From: Octopus sinensis
Lineage: Eukaryota
Length of the DNA stretch: 64,000 bases
NCBI RefSeq assembly: GCF_006345805.1
Contig: NC_043002.1
Location: forward strand, 67,022,001 to 67,086,000
Reading direction: 5' to 3'
In this document: piece by piece, positions 1-10,719 of the stretch
How positions within the stretch are numbered: position 1 is the stretch's first letter
Layout: every line of letters starts with the position of its first letter
The notes under the pieces: model-generated
Databases searched by the model: none
Seen by the model: only the letters and a program-made list of their open reading frames with translations
What the model was told of the DNA's origin: nothing
Position numbers and translations under genes: made by a program

Positions 1-856
1 TTAATAAACCCATCCGTTTGTTGAAATATATATAAAAAAACAACCCAATAGTCACTATGACGATTCCAGAGGGAATTTACCAGATATGGTTTCCTGTTCT
101 TCTGTCCCAGGACATGCCAATTTTTCTTTTTTCTTTGAGACCAACACTGGAAAGCAAGGAAGGGTTTTTTCATCAGTTCTATAGTTCCCTTTCCTTTATG
201 CAGCAATGAACTGTAAACTCCCTATAGAACCTATTTACAATTAAACGAACTGAGCAATTAAGAATTTAATGTTTTTGCCAGGACCATTTGAATGCACAGC
301 ATGTGGCAGGGCACGAAACGTGGATCCTTCGGCCGGCAGACCAACAGATTAACTTGGTTAGCCACGATTCTTAGAAGAACTCTGGGAATACAATGTTTAT
401 ATATATATATATATATATATGAATTTTTGAAATTACTATGCTTTAAGCAATTGAGCAGATGTTGTGAGTGTCAGTTTGCTGACGTCAGGAAATAGACCAA
501 TGTATACCAGATGTTTTGGTTATGGCCGTTGTTGTTTTTCGTCGTTATTGTCGTTGATATTTTAGCAATGAATATCGAAGCTTACATTTCTGTAAGGAAT
601 GCTTTAATGCCTCTTTATTTTTCAGGTCTTTTATGGTTTAGTTACTGCTTTTATAATACCAGTGGAACTTTTTCACTATAGTGTTTCCAACTAGAAGAAT
701 TTTAATTAAGGAATTTTATTATAAATACAGCGTATTTTAAAGAAATACAGTTAGCTACAACACTGAAGAAGTAGCTCAGTTTGTCACAGAATTGCTTATT
801 TACCGTTGAGTGATATGCAATTGAACTGACTGTACAATATTATATTAGCTGTAGCT

Positions 857-1461
857 AAGGTGTGCTGGCAGAACCGTTACCACGCCGGGCGAAATGCGTA
901 GCCGTATTTCGTCTGCCGTTACGTTCTGAGTTCAAATTTCGACGAGGTCGACTTTGCCTTTCATCCTTTCGGAGTCGATTAAATAAGTACCAGTTGAGCA
1001 CTGGGGACGATGTAATCGACTTAATCCGTTTGTCTGTCCTTGTTTGTCTACTCTGTGTTTAACCCCTTGTGGGTAGTACAGAAATAGGTATTTCGTCTGC
1101 CGTTACGTTCTGAGTTCAAATTCCGCCGAGGTCGACTTTGCCGTTCATCCTTTCGGGGTCAATTAAATAAGTACCAGTTGAGCAGTGGGGTCGATATAAT
1201 CGACTTAAACCGTTTGTCTGTCCTTGTTTGTCCCCTCATATGTAGCCCCTTGTAGGCAGTAAAGAAATAAGAAACGTTAGTACGTCGTGCGAAATGCTTA
1301 GCGGTCTTTACATTCTGAATTCAAATTCCGCCGAGGTCGACTTTGCTTTTCATCCTTTCGGGGTCGCTAAATTAAGTACCAAGTGTGTACTGGGCCGATC
1401 TAATCGACTGGCACCCTCCCCAAAAATTTCGGGCTTTGTGCTTTGAGTAGAAAAGAATATT
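857..1461 (+). mobile_element. Tandem tRNA-derived SINEs with Meta/MESC-like central domain (family A): long-tail, partial long-tail and short-tail monomers
   Basis: Head GCTGGCAGAA..GTTAGCACG..GAAATGC and B-box-like GTTCAAATTCC, then GAGGTCGACTTTGCCTTTCATCCTTTCGGGGTCGATTAAATAAGTACCAG, which resembles the Meta (MESC) SINE domain. Repeated three times here and many times elsewhere in the window. Confidence 0.85.
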
Positions 1462-1560
1462 CTTTTTACTCTAGGCACAATGCCTAAAATTCTGGAGGAT
1501 CGATCCCAGTACGCAACTGGTACTTAAATTAGTAGAAAAGAATATCATACTAGCTGTAGT

Positions 1561-1770
1561 TAAGGCGAGCTGGTAGGATCGTTAGTACGCTGGACGAAAT
1601 GCTTAGCAGTATATCGCCCATCGCTATGTTCTGAGTTCGTATTCCACCGAGGTCGACATTGCCTTTCAGCCTTTCGGGGTCGATAAAATAAGTACCAGTT
1701 GAACACTGGGGTCGATGTAATCGACTCATTCCCATCTTCCCCCAAGCTGCCGTTGTGACGAAAATTTGAG
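1561..1770 (+). mobile_element. Family A SINE monomer
   Basis: Same head and central domain as 857-1461. Preceded by an inverted family A tail fragment at about 1462-1530. Confidence 0.8.
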
Positions 1771-1999
1771 ATAATTATATGAGCTGTCGCTGTTTCATTA
1801 GACGCCGGTGGAATGGTGGCCAAAACCAAATCGGTGGATTTTAAAAGAAAGAACATAAAAAGATGTTAAAGGTTGACAGATATTAAGCGAAACACTCTAC
1901 CGTTTCGGTAAATAATCGCCTTTATATACCACAACGACTGTATGGAACTAAAGTAAGGAAACTGTTTTACGTCGTGATAAAGATCTAAAGTTAAAATTA

Positions 2000-2018
2000 A
2001 TTTGCATTATATATATAT

Positions 2019-2064
<46 letters not shown>

Positions 2065-2530
2065 ATATGTATCTATGTAAAATAATATATAATATACACA
2101 CACGTCTCCTTTGTAAATATATATATACGTATATATCTACGTAAATAAGTAAAAATGTATATGTATATAAGTATGAAACAAGGTGGAAATACATACATAT
2201 GTGCGTGTGTGTTGTGTGTGCGTGTACATATGAATAAATGTATGAATATGCGTGTGGGAGTTGTAAATAGTAATCAGTGTGCATGCTGTGCCTGCGACAC
2301 ATGTTCGGTTTCCGCTGGAGTTTGAGTTGCCAACGTCACACTATTTGAACATGAAATTTTCGATAGCCATCCAACGACTCTTAAATTGTGCAAGATATTA
2401 ATATACACTCACTTACACTCACAGATATACATCGCCCACACATATATGTATACGTATATATCTACAGATATGTATGCATATGTAGATACGTGTATATATA
2501 CACACACACATACATATGTGCATGTGTGTG

Positions 2531-2574
<44 letters not shown>

Positions 2575-2645
2575 ATATATATATATACATATATGTATAT
2601 ATACATACATATATATATACACATGTATATATACATACATATATA
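2000..2645. repeat. Compound (TA)n/(TG)n/(TATG)n microsatellite tracts
   Basis: Directly visible. Source of the Y/I/H/T-rich ORFs at 1997-2748. Confidence 0.85.
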
Positions 2646-2989
2646 CTTATTCTTTGTAAGCCCAGTACTTATTCTATCGGTCTATTTGGCCGAACCGCCA
2701 AGTGACGGGGATGTAAACACACCAGCATCGGTTGTCAAGCAATGCTAGGGGGACAAGCACAGACACACAAACATACACACACAACATATATATATATATA
2801 TATTATATTATTATATATATATATACGACGGGCTTCTTTCAGTTTCCGTCTACCAAATCCACTCACAAGGCATTGGTCGGCCCGGAGCTATAGCAGAAGA
2901 CACTTGCCCAATATGCCACGCAGTGAGACTGAACCCGGAACCATGTGGTTGGTTAGCAAGCTACTTACCACACAGCCACTCCTGCGCCT
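2645..2989 (-). mobile_element. Composite tRNA/CORE-like SINE (family B+C) with internal microsatellite
   Basis: Minus strand reads AGGCGCAGGAGTGGCTGTGTGGTA (A box), GGTTCAGTC (B box), CORE-like TTGGGCAAGTGTCTTCT, ...GAAGCCCGTCG, then (TA)n/(TG)n, then CTTGACAACCGATGCTGGTGTGTTTAC... 3' module. Confidence 0.85.
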
Positions 2990-3030
2990 ATGATATGTAT
3001 ATATATGTACATATATATATATATATGTTC

Positions 3031-3955
3031 ATAATAACTTAGAATAACTTAGAAAGGTTTTGGCCATATTGGCCCAGGCCATGTCTAACTTAATAGCACC
3101 ACCTGGCGAAGTCTTTCAGTTCAGGATTTGGGCACCAAGGCCCATTCGAGCAGAGAGTTATTGTTTGCGGAGACATATCCGGGTGTGGGTGGTTTGTCGG
3201 GGTATGTTGAAGGAATTTGTCCAAAGACTTCTTGAATTTTGTGTGGTCAGTTTCTTTTTTGACGTGTCCTGGTGTAATGTTGAAGAGAGCGGGTCCAATT
3301 GAGGTGAAATAGTTGTGCCGTATTGTCGTTATGTGATGCGATTTAGATTTTGTTGTGGACGGATGGCACGTGGTCCAAGCCTTGGATGCATTTTGAAGGT
3401 GATGCCAACATCATTCGGACAGTGCTGATGGAATATTTTCCACATCATACAGATAATGTAGCGTTCACGGCGTCGTTGGAGTGAATACAATTCAGCTTCT
3501 CTAGTCTACCCCAGTAGTCAAGGTCTGACATGCCATCTATTTTTTTGTGATTGACCTTTGGGGAGCTTCAATTCTCATAATATTTGTTTTGTGTAGGGAG
3601 ACCACAGTGGACAGCAGTATTCAAGGTGGGGTCGGGCAAAAGTGGAGAAGAGAAGGATAATAGCGTGGGAATCTCTCGACTGGAAGGTTCTGAGAATCCA
3701 GGAACACATTCTGCGGGCCATGACAACTTTGCTGCTTATATGTGTAGCCCAGCTTATGTTGTTGTCCACTGTTACTCCCAGGTCTCTGATGTTGTTGGAT
3801 GCCATGAGAATTTCTCCAGAAGGAAGAGAGTATGGGTGTTTCAGAGCGTCCTCCCTTCCGAAGTGGATCAGTTCGAATTTGTCTTCATTTAGCAACATGT
3901 TATTCTTTTCCGCCCATTGGACAACAGCCAGTAGGTCTGACTGAAGACAACAGCC
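3031..3955 (-). mobile_element. 5'-truncated CR1/L2-group LINE (RT C-terminal region and 3' tail)
   Basis: ORF 3575-3991 contains [24 protein letters not shown]...IRDLGVTVDNNISWATHI...WILRTF...RPHLEYCCPLWSP, typical of the CR1/L2/Jockey-group RT end. Short tandem 3' tail (TTCTAAGTTA)x2 near 3031-3055. Confidence 0.85.
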
Positions 3956-4312
3956 ATATGTACATATATATATATGTTCATATATGTACATATATATATA
4001 TATATAGTTATATATGTATATATATATATGTTCATATATATATTATGTTCATATATGTATATATATATATGTTCATATATATATATATATATATGTTCAT
4101 ATATATATATATATATATATGTCATATATATATATATATATGTTCATTATTATATATATATATATGTCATATATATATATATATAATATATATATATATG
4201 TTCATATATATATATATATATATATATATGTTCATATATAATATATATATAATATGTTCATATATAATATATATATGTATATAATATATATATATATATA
4301 TTCATATATATA

Positions 4313-4348
<36 letters not shown>

Positions 4349-4625
4349 CATATATATATATATATATGTTCATATATATATATTATATTATATATATAAT
4401 ATATATATATTTCATATATATTATATATATATATATGTTCATATATATACATATATATATATGTTCATATATATATAATGTATATAATTTTAATATATGT
4501 TCATATATATATATATATATATAATATGTTCATAATAATATATATATATATATGTTCATATATATATATATATATATGTTCAATATTATATATATATATG
4601 TTCATATATATATATATATATGTTC

Positions 4626-4656
<31 letters not shown>

Positions 4657-4830
4657 ATGTACATATTATATATGTATATCATGTACATATATATTTATAT
4701 ATATGTACATATGTATGTATTTATATATATGTACATATGTTTATATATGTATATATATGTATACATATAAATATGTGCATATATATATGTATACATATAT
4801 ATAGATATATGTACATATATATATGTATTA
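3955..4830. repeat. Long (TA)n-based compound microsatellite with recurrent GTTC interruptions
   Basis: Directly visible. Confidence 0.95.
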
Positions 4831-4891
4831 TGGAGATGTACTTGCATAGCAAGTGACTTGATCTGAGATCGTGTGCTGGAACGAAAACAAC

Positions 4892-5157
4892 TGCAGCGTG
4901 GAAGGTGTTTATAAGCCATTTAAGAAACACACAAAACCGTTAGATTCACTTCAACATTTAAATTTAATTTGTCAAAATATTTTCGTCGCTTTGAGACCGC
5001 AAGCTGTTCACTGGCAAAGCACTGATGCAGCACGAAGCTTTGACAGTAAACAGGTCGCGGTTCAAAGCGACGAAAATATTTGACAATTAAATCTAATGTT
5101 GGAGTGAATCTAACGGTTTTGTGTTTCTAAATGCTTATAATCACCTTCCACGCTGCA
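4892..5157. mobile_element. Foldback / MITE-like element, ~120-bp inverted arms
   Basis: TGCAGCGTGGAAGGTG...AAACCGTTAGATTCACT...AATATTTTCGTCGCTTTGA is mirrored by its reverse complement with a short spacer. Confidence 0.8.
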
Positions 5158-5169
5158 ATGCTATATATA

Positions 5170-5201
<32 letters not shown>

Positions 5202-5335
5202 ATATATCTATGTGTGTGTGTGTGTGTGTTGTGTGTGTGGTGTGTGTGTGTGGTGTGTATATATATATATGTGTGTGTGTGTGTATATGTATATATAATA
5301 TATATATATATATATAGATATATATATATATATAT

Positions 5336-5366
<31 letters not shown>

Positions 5367-5387
5367 ATATGTATATATATAATATAT

Positions 5388-6840
5388 GAAAAAAAACAGT
5401 CAAAATAGAAAATGCTAAAATAATTTTATAAAGAACATTTCAGTACCGGTTTCGGTCATTTTGAGACCTTTTCAACTGTAACGATTAAATAATTAAATTT
5501 AGAAAAATTAGAAGAAAAGTTTTTGAAGGAATATTTGTATAGTGTTCAGATATAAGTGGCATTTTGCCTTTCTCTGACTCCTTGTTTGCACTTGTGTGTT
5601 CGAGGTCGTTGTGAATTCTTGGTAGGGTAGAAGAAGAAGGCTGATGAGGAGAGGGGGTGGAAAAATTTGGGAGTGCCTTGATTGTTGTATTTTGAATGGT
5701 CAGTGACGGCTAGCAGTTGCAGTTCAATTCAGGAGAATTTCTATTGAGAGGTTTGTTTATGGAATTTGCGTAGGTGTTTTACTAAAAAGCATTAGTGATA
5801 AAGTTAAGAGGTAGAATGTGGAGCAGAAGAAGAAGAAGAAGAAGATGACGATGTTGATGATGATGTTGATGATGATGATGATGATGATGATGAAGAAGAA
5901 GAAGAAGGAGAAGATGATGATGATGATGGTGATGATGACGACGATGATGATGATAATGATGATGATGAAGAAGAAGAGGAAGAAGAAGAAAATAGAGAAG
6001 GGAGAATATGAATGGGTGAAAGTAGTGAGGTGTTGTATGACTTGAAGTTGGCATGTTATGGATTATAGCTGTGATTGGGGCTGATTAGTAATGGATTCTT
6101 TGGAATGTAATATTTGTGTGTGTATTTCTTTTATTCTAAAGTTGAGGTATATTAATCGTTTGTCGTATAGACCGTTAAGAAGTGACCTGTATTTTGTAAT
6201 AAGAGAGTTTATTTACTTATTCCTTGTCTCGAGGTTGTATCGTCCCTAAATTGGTAGAGGGGGAAAATCCTGAAGCTTGGTGTTTTGTTGTGGCGCAAGT
6301 ATCTATGTGTTGGCTAAAAGCTATTTTTCTGTTTTGGGGAATATTTTATCTGGGATCTGTGCAGGGCCATTCTTTTACGCAAACTATTTTTTGTTTGGCC
6401 TATGTACTGCTCTTGAAACCGGAGCAGGTAGTGAGTATATTAGGTTCTCCGAAGCACATGTGAAGTTGCTTTTCACTGTAAACCGTTGTCCCTGTTTGAA
6501 GGAGAACTCTAATCCCTCAATTAGATAGTCGCATATCCCGCAATTGGGTCTTCCACATTTTTTTCTGTCGGCTTCTGTGTTGAAGAGTGGAATTCGGGCT
6601 TGTGTTAGGAGACTTTTCATGGTTTAGGCTGTCTCTTGCTTTTTATGATCGTGTGTGTTTGGAGGATTGGGTTCATTCTGTGGTCTTTTTTTGGGAGGGG
6701 TATGTTGTGGAGGATGGTGCCGAAGGCTTCGTTATTGAGAGGGTTGTGTGTGGTGATCTATGGTAAGGCTTTTGGTCGTAAGTTTTCTTTGATTGGGATT
6801 TCTCAGTTCCTTGATGTTAAGTTGAAGGGCACGTTGAATG
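5388..6840 (-). mobile_element. 5'-truncated Penelope-like element (GIY-YIG region, long 3' region with trinucleotide repeats, terminal HHR)
   Basis: ORF 6384-6620 KKCGRPNCGICDYL...FTVKSNFTCASENLIY is homologous to the endonuclease region of the 21-25 kb PLE. Both ends abut TA-rich microsatellite. Confidence 0.85.
5441..5478 (-). ncRNA. Minimal type I hammerhead ribozyme, U3-A8 core variant
   Basis: Minus strand: CAG-TTGAAAA-GGTC(tcaaaat)GACC-GAAAC-CG-GTA-CTG. Stem I CAG/CTG, stem II GGTC/GACC, palindromic stem III ACCGGT, cleavage triplet GUA. Confidence 0.7.
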
Positions 6841-7109
6841 CATATATATATATAATATATATATATAATATATAGATATATAATATGTGTTGTGTGTGTG
6901 TTGTGGTATGTATATATATATAATGTAATATATATATTATATTGTGTGTGTGGTATGTATATATATATAATGTATAATATATATATGTGTGTGTGTATAT
7001 TATATATACTATATATGTATAATATATCTATGTGTGTGTTGTTTATATGTATATAATATAATATGTATATATATATATGTGTGTGTGGTGTATATGTATA
7101 TTAATATAA

Positions 7110-7162
<53 letters not shown>

Positions 7163-7647
7163 TATATGTGTGGTGGTGTGTGTGTGTGTGTGTGTGTGAA
7201 TGCGTTCATTGTGAGGAAGAGTGAGAGAACGAGAAATGCAAATTAAAATTGCAGTCATACGTTTTGAGGAAGCGCATATTTCGCGTTTTCTGTCAAAAAT
7301 TTGAGACTATGGAGAAAGCGAAAACATTATTCTCTCGGTGGCCGGAAAAACATATCAGCCTAACTAGTTTTGGCGTTTGTTAGTGTTTTATTAGGGATCA
7401 GTTAAAGAATCACTCTCAGAGAGAAAATAATAACCTACAGCATTCATAGTGTAATCGCGGCACTCCGTCGGTTACGCCAACGGGGGTCCAGTTGATCCGA
7501 ACGAGGGAACGGGCAGTGGGTAAGCCATTACATTCTTTCATCCCTTATTATATTCATATTACATTCGATACGTTTCATGTAACCCACGTTTGTGTTGTCT
7601 GTTTTTGTGATGTCTCCTCTTCTTTGAGGCTTTATACCTATAATATA

Positions 7648-7871
7648 TTTCTTTATTGCCCACAAGGGGCTAAACATAGAGGGGACAAACAAGGACTGAC
7701 AAACGGATTAAGTCGATTACATCGACCCCAGTGCGTAACTGGTACTTAATTTATACCCCGAAAGGATGAAAGGCAAAGTCGACCTCGGCGGAATTTGAAC
7801 CCAGAACGTAACGGCAGACGAAATACGGCTACGGATTTCGCCCGGCGTGCTAACGATTCTGCCAGCTCGCC
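7648..7871 (-). mobile_element. Family A SINE, full-length long-tail monomer
   Basis: Reverse complement of the 857-1085 monomer. Confidence 0.85.
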
Positions 7872-7879
7872 GTGCTCGT

Positions 7880-8110
7880 GAAATTAACATGTAAGTGGCT
7901 GAGCACTCCACAGACACGTGTACCCTTAACGTAGTTCTCGGGGAGATTCAGCGTAACACAGAGCATGACAAGGCTGGCCCTTCGAAATACAGGTACAACA
8001 GAAACAAGAAGAAAGGGTAAAAGTTGTGGTTAAAGAGGCTCCTGCAGGGCTCGCCACCAGCCCATGCTGGAGCCTCGTGGAGCTTTAGGTGTTTTCGCTC
8101 AATAAACACT
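7880..8110 (-). mobile_element. Partial family D SINE with a distinct tail
   Basis: Shares GGAGCCTCGTGGAGCTTTAGGTGTTTTCGCTCAATAAACAC with 8553-8846 but continues into a different 3' sequence. Confidence 0.6.
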
Positions 8111-8552
8111 CTATAGTGTAATACTGCATAGCAAAGAACACGCACTCGTAAGTTTACTTTCTATTTCATTCATAGTATAGTTTTTCGATTATTTTTTTTT
8201 GTTATAGGACATTTTCCTGGACCGAGTGACGCTTTGTGTCCTCGAGCACTCCATTTCACATTGCTCCAGTTTACTCGTTGAATATGAGCATCAGCCCGAG
8301 TGCGCGTGTCACATCCAGGATGTGAAGTGGGTTTAACAAAGGGATGGGAGATTCAAGAGGATGCCTATGTCTACATTGTCTTTTAAAACAATTAAAGAAA
8401 GCCTTGTATATGTTACTGAATCACCCTCGTTGGCGGTCGACAGCTGGCTCTTAAAAATGCTTCTCTTCATACATACATACATGCATGCATACATACGTAT
8501 GTTCTCTTCTGTTTTTAATTATGTGTATGTGTATATATATATATAATATATA

Positions 8553-8846
8553 TCACGTGATCACGTGACCGACCAAACTATCAGATATTGCTACACATCG
8601 CTGGTCACAATGCGTTCGCATTGTTTTAGCCTTCGAATGACGCCATCCTGCTGGCCAACAGAAGAAAGAGTGAGAGAAAGAGTGGTGAAAGAATACAGGA
8701 GGGATCACCAACCCCTGCCGGAGCCTCGTGGAGCTTTTAGGTGTTTTCGCTCAATAAACACTCACAACGCCCGGTCTGGGAATCGAAACGGCGATCCTAC
8801 GACCGCGAGTCCGCTGCCCTAACCACTGGACCATTACGTCTCCACA
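8553..8846 (-). mobile_element. tRNA-derived SINE (family D)
   Basis: Minus-strand head TGTGGAGACGTAATGGTCCAGTGGTTAGGGCAGCGGACTCGCGGTCGTAGGATCGCCGTTTCGATTCCC has A and B boxes. Ends in GATCACGT repeats. Confidence 0.8.
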
Positions 8847-8847
8847 C

Positions 8848-8882
<35 letters not shown>

Positions 8883-8892
8883 TGTATGTATA

Positions 8893-9180
8893 GTGGAGGC
8901 ACATGGCCTAGTGGGTAGAGCAGCGGACACGCGGTCGAAGGATCGCGGGTTCGAATATCAGACCGGGTGATGTGTGTGTTTATGAGCGAAACACCTAAGC
9001 TTCACGCGGCTCTAGCAGAAGCTAATGGCCAACTTCTGCTGAATCTTTCGCCACAACTTTCTCCCACTCTTTTCTCCTGCATCAAGCCGCTCACCGGCAT
9101 CTTGTTCAAGTGGGGAGCCTATACACCAATGAAACCGAGAAACCGCCCCTTATGAGCCAGACATTGCTCGAGAAGGAATA
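8893..9180 (+). mobile_element. tRNA-derived SINE (family D) with RTE-like tail
   Basis: GGAGGCACATGGCCTAGTGGGTAGAGCAGCGGACACGCGGTCGAAGGATCGCGGGTTCGAAT head. Tail CTTATGAGCCAGACATTGCTCGAG resembles RTE-clade 3' ends. Confidence 0.75.
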
Positions 9181-9254
9181 AACAGTACACACACACACTC
9201 ACACACATTATAATAAATATATATATATATATATTATATATATATATATATAAT

Positions 9255-9585
9255 CAATTCACAGTCATACAAATATAAGCATGTATGCACGTATGTTTGA
9301 AGAGCTGATTTTTAACAAAATCCCATCCTTGGAATGTAGACAAAAAAACAATGTTACATTTTAAACTTAAGAAAAATCTTGCATATTTTTACTGTTTTAC
9401 TTGCAGATTGCATTTGTAATGTGCGAGTTAGTTGGCTGATTTCTTTTTCTGAAAATCCAAGCTTATCCAAACTGTCAGTCAGGCATTTACTCACAAAATC
9501 AAGTACCCCAATTATTATTGGTATAAATGTAAATTTGTAAATCGATATAGAAGCTGACGGTTTCGAAGCTGATTGATTTTCAAAA
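9255..9585 (-). mobile_element. 3' end of an RLE-type (R4/Hero/NeSL-like) non-LTR retrotransposon
   Basis: LRNRQLLY, frameshift, then YKFTFIPIIIGVLDFVSKCLTDSLDKLGFSEKEISQLTRTLQMQSASKTVKICKIFLKFKM-stop. Matches the typical C-terminus after a restriction-like endonuclease. Followed by a ~100-bp 3' UTR. Confidence 0.6.
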
Positions 9586-9623
9586 AGATATGTATGTATG
9601 CTTATATATATATATATATATAC

Positions 9624-9654
<31 letters not shown>

Positions 9655-9689
9655 CATAAACACATTATATATATATTATATATATATAT

Positions 9690-10586
9690 GTAAACAGTAA
9701 AAATAATTACAGACATGGACAAGAACATGAAACACCACAGAGACGACACAAGAACCACAGGACGGGACATCGAAGCCCTCAGTCATCAGTCAAGAACCAG
9801 ATCATCTTAGCAATTTCGGCTGATTAATCTTGAGATTGCTCCGATTTGGGCAGCCCGCCAAGGGAAATCTAAGCCAAGCGCATTAGATCCCCTGGAAGAA
9901 AGCTTCGAATGTTACAACAACGAGGACGGAAAACGAACGAAGTACACGAACAAAAATACAGAATACGTGACACCAATAAGAATACAAAAACGTAAAAACA
10001 ATAACGGTAAAAATAAAAACAAAACAAAACCAGGACGTAGGACAAGGGTCTTTCGACAGGACGAGTTGAGTTTAGGGCTGGCTTATGAGTTGTGCCTAAT
10101 GGCCGCAGGAGACGAACAAATACGTGTTGCTTCGGCGACTGCTGGAACGAAAAGAGCGCTCAGCAGTGGCTAGCGGTCACGTGAGAACAAAAGACAGGAG
10201 AAAGGGACAGGTGAAAAGAGAGAGAAGGTGGACGAGGGAGGAGAAGAAAGAGACAGATCGAGGGGACTGGAGGTGAGAGAGATAGAGAAACGTAGAAGGG
10301 GGGAGACGGATGGAGAGGGAAAGAAAGGAAGGGGAATAAGGGAGGAGAGAGAGAGAAAGAGACAGATCAAGAGTCGTATCAATGCTAGAGAAAAAATATA
10401 CTTATCGTATAAGGACAATTGTGGATACGTAGCCGCCGATTATATATGTAAACAGTAAAAATAATTACAGACATGGACAAGAACATGAAACACCACAGAG
10501 ACGACACAAGAACCACAGGACGGGACATTCGAAGCCCTCAGTCATCAGTCAAGAACCAGATCATCTTAGCAATTTCGGCTGATTAA
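9690..10586. mobile_element. Non-coding element with ~140-bp direct terminal repeats (758-bp period), PLE-derivative or retrozyme-like
   Basis: 9690-9827 is repeated at 10448-10586 with one 1-nt indel. No coding similarity. Flanked by TA-rich sequence on the left. Confidence 0.7.
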
Positions 10587-10719
10587 AACTTTTGCATTGT
10601 GTAGTTTGTTATTCTCTTTAAGCGAACATTTTTCTGGTTGAAATACACCGAAAAATGGCGACATACATACATACACACATTATATATATATATATTATAT
10701 ATATATATATACACACACA

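Noticed and set aside
862-1062. Recurrent small ORFs (also 16278-16475, 14884-15108, 2742-2993, 41116-41406)
   Set aside because: Similar peptides recur because they are translations of SINE copies, not a gene family.
857-1770. CRISPR-like or satellite array
   Set aside because: Units are ~170-235-bp SINE monomers, with no short repeat and unique spacer pattern.
5782-6054. Poly-His/Leu and poly-Met/Lys ORFs
   Set aside because: GAT/GAA repeat within the PLE 3' region.
8893-8965. Possible tRNA genes (also 38555-38620 and SINE heads)
   Set aside because: A and B boxes are present, but there is no complete acceptor stem and each continues into a SINE body.
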